DNA from: a virus | IMG/VR virus record: IMGVR_UViG_3300020187_003193 | Strand: one strand, 5' to 3' | DNA: 64,000 nucleotides | In this document: positions 56,004 to 64,000 of the stretch, in pieces | How positions within the stretch are numbered: position 1 is the stretch's first letter | How the letters are laid out: every line of letters starts with the position of its first letter | Notes under the pieces: model-generated | What the model was told of the DNA's origin: nothing | Database searches by the model: none | Seen by the model: the letters and a program-made list of their open reading frames with translations, nothing else | Made by a program: the position numbers and the translations under genes

Positions 56004-57731
56004 ATGGCTGAAACATTACTATCCCCAGGAGTATTAACACGTGAAAACGATCAAACGTTAATCACACAAGGTCCTATCACAGCAGGTGCTGCTATTTTAG
56101 GCCCTACTGTAAAAGGTCCTGTTAACGTACCTACGTTAGTTACTTCTTACAGTGATTATAAAAATAAATTTGGTGGCTCTTTTTCAAGTGCAAGTATTAA
56201 TTACGAATACTTAACTTCAATTGCTGCTTACAACTACTTTACACAAGGTGGAGAAACATTACTTGTAACACGTGTTGTTAATAATGGAGATGGTGATTAT
56301 ATTTCTGCAACAGCAGAAATTACAGCAGAAACTGGATCATTTACACTAGAAACATTATCAGTAGGTGAAATAATGAACAACTCAGGAAGTGTATCTGAAA
56401 GTGGTTCATTAAATCAAGGTACTGTAGACAACGTACGTTGGGAAGTTGCTAACGTAAACACAGGAAGTGGTACTTTCAACTTATTAATCCGTAGAGGAGA
56501 TGATAATAGTAAGTCAAAAACTATCCTAGAATCATTTACAGAATTATCATTAGATCCAAATTCACCAAACTATATCGAACAAGTAATTGGTAACCAAGCT
56601 AAAGTATTAGCTACGGATAGCGATGACAATATCTATATTGAAACTACAGGTTCTTATGTAAATAACAGCCGTTACGTAAGAGTATCTTCTGTAACAGATC
56701 CTACATACAACTATTTCGATAACGACGGTATTGCAAAAACATTATACGCGGGACATTTACCTGTTGTAGGTAGTGGTTCACTAGAAGGAGCTTTCGATAG
56801 CGCAACTGGAGCACTATATGGTAGTGGTTCTAACGGAACATTAGGAATGTTCGAAGGAATTAATTCAGACAGTATCCAAGGTTTATTACCTGACAACTAT
56901 ACATCTTCATTATCATTATTACAGAACGAAGACGAATACGATTTCGAAATTCTAATCGTTCCTGGAGCTACAATTGAAAATGCTTCTGCTACAGTAGCTT
57001 CTGCAATTTCAACAGTAACAGAAAGAGGAGATGCAATAGCGGTAGTAGATACTAGAGATTACGGCGCTACATTAAACCAAACAATCACATCAGCACAAAC
57101 ACAAGATTCAAGTTATGCTGCAACATACTGGCCATGGGTTCAAGTATTATCAAACGAAACTGGAAAGTTAGTTTGGGTACCTGCATCAACCGTAGTACCA
57201 GGAGTATACGCAACTAACGATAGATTAGGAGCTGAATGGTTCGCACCTGCTGGATTCAACAGAGGTGGAGTAGGCGGAGTAATCCAAGCTGAAAGAAAAT
57301 TAAGCCCTGCAGATAGAGATAAACTATACTTAGGTAAAGTAAACCCAATCGCTACATTCCCAGGACAAGGTCCAGTAATATTCGGACAGAAAACATTACA
57401 ATCAAAAGCAACAGCTTTAGATAGAGTAAATGTTAGAAGATTATTAATTGAACTTAAGAGAACAATTGGTAATGTTGCTGAAGGATTATTATTCGAACAA
57501 AATACAGCTGCAACAAGAAACAGATTCTTAAACCAAGTTAACCCTTACTTAGAATCTATCCAACAAAGACAAGGATTATATGCCTATAGAGTTGTAATGG
57601 ATGATACAAACAACACAGCTGATATAATTGATAGAAATCAAATGGTAGGACAGATATTCATCCAACCAACTAGAACAGCAGAATATATTATCCTAGATTT
57701 CAACGTAACACCGACAGGGGTTGAATTCTAA
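56004..57731 (+). CDS. gp18: Tail sheath protein (T4 gp18-like)
   Basis: SPGV..RE.D, YWPWV, WFAPAGFNRG, FGQKTL, DRVNVRRL, FEQN, IFIQPTRTAEYI.LDF. Confidence 0.97.
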   Translation: MAETLLSPGVLTRENDQTLITQGPITAGAAILGPTVKGPVNVPTLVTSYSDYKNKFGGSFSSASINYEYLTSIAAYNYFTQGGETLLVTRVVNNGDGDYISATAEITAETGSFTLETLSVGEIMNNSGSVSESGSLNQGTVDNVRWEVANVNTGSGTFNLLIRRGDDNSKSKTILESFTELSLDPNSPNYIEQVIGNQAKVLATDSDDNIYIETTGSYVNNSRYVRVSSVTDPTYNYFDNDGIAKTLYAGHLPVVGSGSLEGAFDSATGALYGSGSNGTLGMFEGINSDSIQGLLPDNYTSSLSLLQNEDEYDFEILIVPGATIENASATVASAISTVTERGDAIAVVDTRDYGATLNQTITSAQTQDSSYAATYWPWVQVLSNETGKLVWVPASTVVPGVYATNDRLGAEWFAPAGFNRGGVGGVIQAERKLSPADRDKLYLGKVNPIATFPGQGPVIFGQKTLQSKATALDRVNVRRLLIELKRTIGNVAEGLLFEQNTAATRNRFLNQVNPYLESIQQRQGLYAYRVVMDDTNNTADIIDRNQMVGQIFIQPTRTAEYIILDFNVTPTGVEF

Positions 57732-57746
57732 AAGTTAAATTAGGCA

Positions 57747-57754
57747 ATATTTAT
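57747..57754 (+). promoter_or_regulatory. ATATTTAT putative late promoter
   Basis: Motif upstream of the tube gene. Confidence 0.65.
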
Positions 57755-57771
57755 AATAAACAAAACATAAC

Positions 57772-58257
57772 ATGGCAGTATTAGACCCAAACGAAATAAT
57801 GTTCACCGCATTTGAACCTAAAGTACAAAATAGGTTTATAATGTATGTTGACGGAATCCCAGCTTACCTAATTAAATCAGCTACTGCACCAGGATTCGAA
57901 GCAGGTGAGATCGTATTAGACCACATCAATGTTTACCGTAAAGTAAAAGGTAAAGTAAGATGGAATGATATGACACTTAACCTATATGATCCAGTAACAC
58001 CATCTGGAGCTCAAGCCGTAATGGAATGGGCACGTTTAGCTCACGAAAGTGTAACAGGTAGAGACGGATATAGTGATTTCTACAAGAAAGACTTAACATT
58101 AGATATCTTAGGTCCTGTAGGAGACGTAGTTGGAGAATGGGTAATTAAAGGTGCCTATGTTAAAACTGCAACATTCGGTGAATACGATTGGTCAAATGAG
58201 GCCGCAGTTAACTTAACAGTTAACATCGCAATGGATTACTGCATATTAAATTTCTAA
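57772..58257 (+). CDS. gp19: Tail tube protein (T4 gp19-like)
   Basis: FEPK.QNRF, KGK..W..MTL.LYDP, GEW.IKGAY, DWS motifs; directly after the sheath. Confidence 0.92.
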   Translation: MAVLDPNEIMFTAFEPKVQNRFIMYVDGIPAYLIKSATAPGFEAGEIVLDHINVYRKVKGKVRWNDMTLNLYDPVTPSGAQAVMEWARLAHESVTGRDGYSDFYKKDLTLDILGPVGDVVGEWVIKGAYVKTATFGEYDWSNEAAVNLTVNIAMDYCILNF

Positions 58258-58283
58258 TACCCCAACCCTCTATACCCTGAATT

Positions 58284-58316
58284 AGGTACTCAATTTTGAG
58301 TACCTTTTTCTTTTTT
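58284..58316 (+). terminator. Intrinsic terminator
   Basis: AGGTACTCAA/TTGAGTACCT followed by a long T-tract. Confidence 0.85.
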
Positions 58317-58318
58317 AT

Positions 58319-58326
58319 ATATTTAT
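58319..58326 (+). promoter_or_regulatory. ATATTTAT putative late promoter
   Basis: Motif upstream of ATG 58355. Confidence 0.6.
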
Positions 58327-58354
58327 ATCCACACAAAATAAGTTATTTATCCAT

Positions 58355-59122
58355 ATGGAAGAAAATGTTACAAAACCTAAGTTCCCAACAGAAATTGTGG
58401 ACTTACCTTCAAAGGGTTTAATCTACCCTAAAGACAATCCACTATCAAGCGGTCAAATTGAAATGAAATACATGACGGCACGTGAAGAGGATATACTTAC
58501 CAACCAAAATTACATATCAAAAGGTATAGTGTTGGATAAGCTCATTGAATCGCTGATTGTATCTAAAGTTAATTTTAACGATATTATAGTAGGCGATAAA
58601 AACGCACTACTAATTGCGTCCCGTATCTTAGGATATGGCAAAGAATATACATTTAGAGCATACAATTCAGATACTCAAGGTATAGCAGACTTTACTGTAG
58701 ATTTAACTACATTAGATGACAAAAATCTAGACCCTGCCGATTTAAAAGAAGAAGGTGTAAACGAATTCGAATTTGTTTTACCACATGGGAAAAATACAAT
58801 CACCTATAAGTTATTAACTCATGGTGATGAAAAATCAATTGAAAGGGAAATAACAGGTATGAAAAAAATACGACCTGATTCTAACCCTGAAATTTCTACT
58901 AGGTTAAAATACATAATTACCTCAGTAGATGGTGATCGCGAAAAGAAAACAATTAGAGAATTTGTAGACAGCATTATGCTAGCTAGAGATTCAAGATCCT
59001 TACGTGAAGAAATACGTAGAGTATCTCCCGATGTCGAACTAAAATATGTGGGTGAAGGTGCAGAGGAGGGCATCAACATCCCAATTAATCTTAACTTTTT
59101 TTGGCCTGACAGCGGAGTATAG
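58355..59122 (+). CDS. Tail assembly chaperone / baseplate hub assembly protein (T4 gp26-like)
   Basis: VDLPSKG...MTAREEDIL...DKNALLIASRILGYG; ends NFFWPDSGV; lies between tube and tape measure. Confidence 0.8.
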   Translation: MEENVTKPKFPTEIVDLPSKGLIYPKDNPLSSGQIEMKYMTAREEDILTNQNYISKGIVLDKLIESLIVSKVNFNDIIVGDKNALLIASRILGYGKEYTFRAYNSDTQGIADFTVDLTTLDDKNLDPADLKEEGVNEFEFVLPHGKNTITYKLLTHGDEKSIEREITGMKKIRPDSNPEISTRLKYIITSVDGDREKKTIREFVDSIMLARDSRSLREEIRRVSPDVELKYVGEGAEEGINIPINLNFFWPDSGV

Positions 59123-59372
59123 ATCCAACCTATTCTCACAAATACATGAAATTGTATTTCACGGACAAGGAGGTTATAGTTGGGGAGACATATATGATAT
59201 GCCTATTTGGCTTCGTAATTTTACTTTTAAGAAATTAGAAGAATATTATGAAAAACAAAACGAAGCTAATAATGCCCAATCAAATATGCTCAAAAATAAC
59301 CCTAAAGAAATAGCACGCCCAGCAATTAACCCTGCTAACGTATATAATGCACAAGTGCCTGTTAAAAAGTAG
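59100..59372 (+). CDS. Second chaperone segment (gp51/gpT-like), probably reached by frameshift at T7
   Basis: +1 frame FGLTAEYR...IHEIVFHGQGGYSW.DIYDMPIWLR; overlaps a run of 7 T at 59096-59102. Confidence 0.65.
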   Translation, partial: FGLTAEYRSNLFSQIHEIVFHGQGGYSWGDIYDMPIWLRNFTFKKLEEYYEKQNEANNAQSNMLKNNPKEIARPAINPANVYNAQVPVKK

Positions 59373-59381
59373 GCACTTTTT
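59353..59381 (+). terminator. Intrinsic terminator
   Basis: AAGTGCCT...AGGCACTT followed by T's. Confidence 0.75.
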
Positions 59382-59389
59382 ATATTTAT
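59382..59389 (+). promoter_or_regulatory. ATATTTAT putative late promoter
   Basis: Motif upstream of the tape measure gene. Confidence 0.6.
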
Positions 59390-59405
59390 ATTATATAATT
59401 AGCTA

Positions 59406-61607
59406 ATGGCATCCCAAGAAGAATTAGATAGACTAAAAGAAATTCGCGATATAGAACGCGAACTAGCTGGAATTAGATCAGACACCCTTAATGATGTTAG
59501 GGATATGTCTAATTTTTTATCTGATAGTGCTTCTCAATTAAAAACTGAACGTGCTGAACGTAATCAAATTCGTTCTATAGCTAGACAAATTAATAAAACT
59601 GCCCAAGAAAGTTACACTATTTCCCAAAAAGAATTAGGTACTTCTAAGAATTTAGCTAAAATTCAAAAGGATAAAGAATCTCTTAATAAGAAATTAGCAT
59701 CATTAGCCCAAATCCAAAATAAATTAGCAGCCGATGGAGGGGAAATTCAAAAAGATGTAGCCGAGAATATAGGGTTCCAAGTCCAAGAAACTAAAAAATT
59801 AATTGCAGAATTACAAGAAGTAGAAGACACTTCAAGTAATATTGCAAACAATCTAGGAGTAAAAACTTTTAACGCCCTTGAAGACTTATCTCAAGCTATC
59901 CCCGGGCTAAGAGTTCTTTCAGGCCCTTTTAAAGATGCTGCTGAATCCGCAAGAGATATGGCTTCTTCAGGAGGAAATGCAGCTGAAGCTTTTGCTGCAG
60001 GGGCAACTTCACTTGCAAGTGCTGCTAAAGCAGCAATCCCCCTATTACTACTTGCAGAATTAGTAGGTACTTTAAAATCTTTAGATGAATCTAGTGGTAA
60101 ATTAGCAAAGAATCTAGGTATATCCTATGAAGAAGCCTTAGGATTAACTCAAGAACTAGCAGATTCAGCAATTGCTAGTAATAATTTATTTATTAATACT
60201 AAGAATTTAGTAGATTCTCAACTTGAAATTAGTAATGCCTTAGGAACTAATGCTAAACTAAATCAGGATTTATTAGTTACCCAAACTAAATTAACTAAAC
60301 AGGCAGGGTATAGTGTAGAAGCCGCTACCCAATTAAGTACCCTTTCTTTAGCCACAGGTAAGTCTACAGAAGATATTACTACTCAATTTTTAGGACAAGC
60401 AAAGGCATTAAACCTAACCAATAACTTAGCTTTAAATGAAAAGCAATTACTAGAAAGTGTTGCAAAAACTTCAAAGGGTACCTTAGCTACATTTGCTTCA
60501 AAACCTAAAGAATTAGCCAAAGCCGTATTTGAAGCTAAAAAACTTGGACTAGAAATATCTCAAGTTGAAAAAATAGCAGATGGTTTACTTGACATAGAGC
60601 AATCTCTTACAGCAGAATTCGAAGCTGAAGTAATATCAGGAAAACAACTTAACTTAGAGAGAGCAAGATTCTTTGCTTTAACTAATAATATAGCAGGAGT
60701 ATCTGAAGAATTAGGTAAACAAGGTATTACACAAGCATCATTTGCAAAATCATCACGTATAGAACAAGAAGCGGTTGCGGCGGCAATGGGTATGTCTCGT
60801 GATGAATTAGGACAAATGTTAATTGAACAAAATGCTTTAGTCGCAGTAGGTGCTAAAGATGCAGAAGCTGCTAGAGCTAAATTTGAAATGCTTAAAGCCC
60901 AAAGAGGTGAGGCATATGCTATTGCTAATTTAGGGGATGAAACTTATGCACAACAACTAGCATCTGTATCTGCCCAAGAAAAATTTGTAGAAGTAACAAA
61001 TAAATTAAAAGATGCTTTTGTTAGTATAGCAGGTCCTTTAATGGAGATCATCTCCCCCATTGTAGACATACTAGCCCCAGTTCTAACAGGAGTATCGTAT
61101 ATAGTAAAATCAATAGCTGAAGGCTTTAAAACAATTTTACCAATACTTAAGCCTATTGTTGCCGTATTAGGAATAATGTATGCCCGAACTATATCTTTAG
61201 CAATTGCAACCGCCGCTAAAGCAGCCTTTACATCTTTAGGAGGTTTACCAATTGTAGGACCTGCTTTAGCTTTAGGAGCTATTGGTGCAGCTTCAATGGC
61301 TATAAAATCTCAATCACAACAAAATGTTCAAGATGGTATAGCCCCATCTGATAAAGGTCCCTTTACTATTACTGATAGCTTTGGAGCAACAGCAATCACA
61401 GCAAAAGGAGATGGACTAGCAGTATCACCTAATATTAGACAAGGAGGAAACTCAGAAATTAATTATGATAAACTCGCAGATGCTATAGCTAGAGGTGCAG
61501 AACGCGGTACATCAAAAGCGAATATCAACGTTAATCTAGATGGTAATAGAGTATCCAACACACTCCAAACACCCCTAGCAGTTAACACTAGAAAGTACGC
61601 AATTTAA
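59406..61607 (+). CDS. Tape measure protein
   Basis: 733-aa Ala/Leu-rich helical protein with a hydrophobic stretch near the C-terminus; follows the chaperones. Confidence 0.85.
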   Translation: MASQEELDRLKEIRDIERELAGIRSDTLNDVRDMSNFLSDSASQLKTERAERNQIRSIARQINKTAQESYTISQKELGTSKNLAKIQKDKESLNKKLASLAQIQNKLAADGGEIQKDVAENIGFQVQETKKLIAELQEVEDTSSNIANNLGVKTFNALEDLSQAIPGLRVLSGPFKDAAESARDMASSGGNAAEAFAAGATSLASAAKAAIPLLLLAELVGTLKSLDESSGKLAKNLGISYEEALGLTQELADSAIASNNLFINTKNLVDSQLEISNALGTNAKLNQDLLVTQTKLTKQAGYSVEAATQLSTLSLATGKSTEDITTQFLGQAKALNLTNNLALNEKQLLESVAKTSKGTLATFASKPKELAKAVFEAKKLGLEISQVEKIADGLLDIEQSLTAEFEAEVISGKQLNLERARFFALTNNIAGVSEELGKQGITQASFAKSSRIEQEAVAAAMGMSRDELGQMLIEQNALVAVGAKDAEAARAKFEMLKAQRGEAYAIANLGDETYAQQLASVSAQEKFVEVTNKLKDAFVSIAGPLMEIISPIVDILAPVLTGVSYIVKSIAEGFKTILPILKPIVAVLGIMYARTISLAIATAAKAAFTSLGGLPIVGPALALGAIGAASMAIKSQSQQNVQDGIAPSDKGPFTITDSFGATAITAKGDGLAVSPNIRQGGNSEINYDKLADAIARGAERGTSKANINVNLDGNRVSNTLQTPLAVNTRKYAI

Positions 61608-61608
61608 A

Positions 61609-61616
61609 ATATTTAT
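61609..61616 (+). promoter_or_regulatory. ATATTTAT putative late promoter
   Basis: Motif upstream of ATG 61639. Confidence 0.6.
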
Positions 61617-61638
61617 AACAAACCCAAATAATAATAAT

Positions 61639-61839
61639 ATGGCAATCTTAGGAACAGAATTAAATTCTAGTTTAAGTAAAGGTGGAAAAACAGAAAACAC
61701 CCTTAGTGCTCAAAAAGAATCTCAATTGCACAACTTGGCTTCTTTAACAGGAAAAGGTTTATCCCCTACTAAAGTACCTTCACAATTAGATTTAGACGGA
61801 GTTACACCTGCAAAGTACGTAGACAACAAACCACAATAA
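61639..61839 (+). CDS. Small hypothetical structural protein
   Basis: 66 aa; SQLDLDG.TP.KY motif; abuts the next ATG. Confidence 0.6.
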   Translation: MAILGTELNSSLSKGGKTENTLSAQKESQLHNLASLTGKGLSPTKVPSQLDLDGVTPAKYVDNKPQ

Positions 61840-63672
61840 ATGGCACTAAAAGATCTATACAACGATCCAGCTAGCTTCAAATATAATTCTAAAGACAATA
61901 AGTACAGTAAGGATATTAGAGGTGGGGGATATTCAGGACAACCTTGGCAAAAGGTAAGCGCTCCTGAAACAATCGACCAGCTTAATTCTTTAACTACTGA
62001 AGCACTTAGTTTGGATTATCCTATACGTGGTGGTTCCTATGAGGAACTAGCTGCAAGGAAAGACTTTGCTCGTATAGATGCTTTTTTACTATCTTACCCA
62101 CAAGGTAAAGCCTTTTTAGATAAACAAAAAGGTTTAATGTTTTCAAACCCACTTATGGAAAGTGGAAGATCAGGAGGTGACGTAAACACTAGATTATATA
62201 GTGATGGGCGTAACTTAATGACCCAAATAGCAGAGGGTGGAACGGGCTTCCGTCATCCTAATGCTGGTAGAACATTAAACGATTTAGAGTTTGTAGAAAG
62301 AAAATATGAATACGTTGTTTCTCATAAAGCTACACAACAAAATAGACTAGTTAATTTACTTAATATAAAAATTAACAACGAATCTCCTGGAGATTTATTA
62401 TTCTCTAATGAAGCTTCTAAACTAGGAATAAACACAGTAGATCAAGGTGAATTATTCTTCTATTCAGGGGGCCCAGGTTCACTATATGGTCTAGGACAAA
62501 CTATAATTAGAAGAGCAAGGGATTCTAAAGGTGTTCCTATTATAACAAGTAATGCTCCCTCATATATAGGTCCTAATTATAAAAGTGGACTTTATAGTTC
62601 ACAAGTACAGGCTAGACCTGCTACTACCATAGATTATGAGTTATTATTAGGTCCTTCTAAAATATTCAATTTTACTTCAGAAGAAACCGGTCTTACAGAA
62701 AATAATTCCTCTACTTTATCACAACAATCTGATGCTTCTTTTATAAGAGCAAATAAGTCACCTAATCCTGACGTTACCCCTAACTTTCAATATGCAATGG
62801 GGTACGATAGTATTAGAAGTAGACAACAGATAAAACCTGGCTTTACAGGTATTACAGATTTTAGAAAAGACGTTATTAATCCCTCTAGTGTTCAAAAACG
62901 TGATTACTCTAATTCTAGTATAAACAAAACAACTCGTGTTGGTATAGGTAATCCGGGAGCACGAAAAGATAGAACAGACACAAGTACACCTTTTGTAGAT
63001 GGCCAAGATAAAGTGAATATGTACAATATTCAAACTTTAACAGACCCTAAAGGTATTGGAGGTTTTTCTAAAGTAAACGAAAATAGAGATTTAATTAAAT
63101 TTGTATTCGAAACAGTAGACAACGATAATCCATCTAATAGTGATGCTATGTTCTTCAGAGCATTTTTAACAGGATATTCAGATAACCATAGTGCAGATTG
63201 GCAATCTAAAAGATATGCAGGTAGAGGAGAAAATTTTTACACATATCAGGGATTTGATAGAAGTGTTAGCTTTAATTTTAAAGTAGCTGCTCAATCAAAA
63301 CAAGAGATGAAATATCTTTACCGTAAACTAAACTCATTACTATCCTCACTATACCCAGACTATAATAGTGCTGGATTTATGAGAGGAAACATAACTAAAC
63401 TAACATTAGGGGATTTATTTGTTAGAACTCCCGGTATATTAACATCATTAAACCTAACAGTTGATGACCAGTATGCTTGGGAAATAGCAATGAACGAACC
63501 CGAAGGTGGTAGCGATAAGGATATGTTAGAAACCCCACAAATTATAGATGTCGCGGTTTCTTTCAAACCAATCTTAAACACTTTACCTAGAAAAGGTAAA
63601 GATGCTGCTATTTTATTAACAGCAGGTGAAAGTGTTGGTTCAATTGCTTATTCCTGGTTAAATGCACAATAA
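61840..63672 (+). CDS. Baseplate/tail-tube initiator protein (gp48/gp54-like C-terminal domain)
   Basis: FRAFLTGYSDN.SA.W....Y.GRGE.FY.Y.GF.R.VSF.F...PQIIDV tube-like fold. Confidence 0.75.
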   Translation: MALKDLYNDPASFKYNSKDNKYSKDIRGGGYSGQPWQKVSAPETIDQLNSLTTEALSLDYPIRGGSYEELAARKDFARIDAFLLSYPQGKAFLDKQKGLMFSNPLMESGRSGGDVNTRLYSDGRNLMTQIAEGGTGFRHPNAGRTLNDLEFVERKYEYVVSHKATQQNRLVNLLNIKINNESPGDLLFSNEASKLGINTVDQGELFFYSGGPGSLYGLGQTIIRRARDSKGVPIITSNAPSYIGPNYKSGLYSSQVQARPATTIDYELLLGPSKIFNFTSEETGLTENNSSTLSQQSDASFIRANKSPNPDVTPNFQYAMGYDSIRSRQQIKPGFTGITDFRKDVINPSSVQKRDYSNSSINKTTRVGIGNPGARKDRTDTSTPFVDGQDKVNMYNIQTLTDPKGIGGFSKVNENRDLIKFVFETVDNDNPSNSDAMFFRAFLTGYSDNHSADWQSKRYAGRGENFYTYQGFDRSVSFNFKVAAQSKQEMKYLYRKLNSLLSSLYPDYNSAGFMRGNITKLTLGDLFVRTPGILTSLNLTVDDQYAWEIAMNEPEGGSDKDMLETPQIIDVAVSFKPILNTLPRKGKDAAILLTAGESVGSIAYSWLNAQ

Positions 63673-63977
63673 TGGCTAGACGTTACGAAAACATATCATT
63701 AGAAAAAACTTTAAGTGGTAAAGTTGGATATTCTCCAACTCGTTACCCTTTAATTGCCCCTTCAAATGAAGATACGTATATTGTATCAAGAGCTGAAGAC
63801 CGATTAGATCTAATAGCATCAGATTTTTATGGAGATCCTACACTATGGTGGATTATTGCTATGGTTAATGATTTACCTGGTGATTCAATGTATGCTCCTA
63901 TGGGATTCCAATTAAGAATACCTGGAAATTTAAATGATGCTCTAAATGCTTATGATAAAGCGAATACTACAATATAA
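63672..63977 (+). CDS. LysM-like baseplate wedge protein (gp53-like)
   Basis: EDRLDLIASDFYGDPTLWWIIA..N...G.QLRIP. Confidence 0.85.
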   Translation: MARRYENISLEKTLSGKVGYSPTRYPLIAPSNEDTYIVSRAEDRLDLIASDFYGDPTLWWIIAMVNDLPGDSMYAPMGFQLRIPGNLNDALNAYDKANTTI

Positions 63978-64000
63978 ATGTTATGGCAAATTATAAAAAT

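Noticed and set aside
1-64000. Stop-codon reassignment
   Set aside because: Core genes are full length in the standard code and TAA, TAG and TGA all act as stops.
63983-64000. Possible next gene start (MANYKN...)
   Set aside because: Only six codons lie inside the window, too few to call.

Overview
A 64-kb, AT-rich, almost entirely plus-strand segment of a large T4-like (contractile-tailed) phage genome. The host is probably Bacteroidota, inferred from A-rich starts lacking Shine-Dalgarno sites. Gene order: end of a baseplate/fibre region; GIY-YIG nuclease, primase and exonuclease; a block of modular proteins with T4-like capsid-targeting leaders and [ILMV]-x-E cleavage motifs (putative head-packaged cargo); FAD oxidoreductase, nucleotidyltransferase, kinase and lysis-like genes; terminase, portal, prohead protease, scaffold and major capsid; PhoH and neck genes; a GT4 + Aah/TibC-type glycosyltransferase; four large fibre genes (three with Gly-Ser/Thr collagen-like blocks and S74 chaperones, one 2056-aa coiled coil); then sheath, tube, a tail-assembly chaperone pair with a likely frameshift, tape measure and baseplate. 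Two promoter classes are visible: ATATTTAT (24 intergenic copies) and a TTGG-N17-TATATT sigma70-like class. Several intrinsic terminators and three candidate structured RNAs are also present. The best candidates for new biology are a virion O-glycosylation system (heptosyltransferase-like enzyme plus Ser/Thr-rich substrates), a protease-processed head-cargo polyprotein cassette, and the cis-RNA elements. No tRNA, rRNA, CRISPR array or integrase was seen. All assignments are by eye from motifs; no database searches were run.
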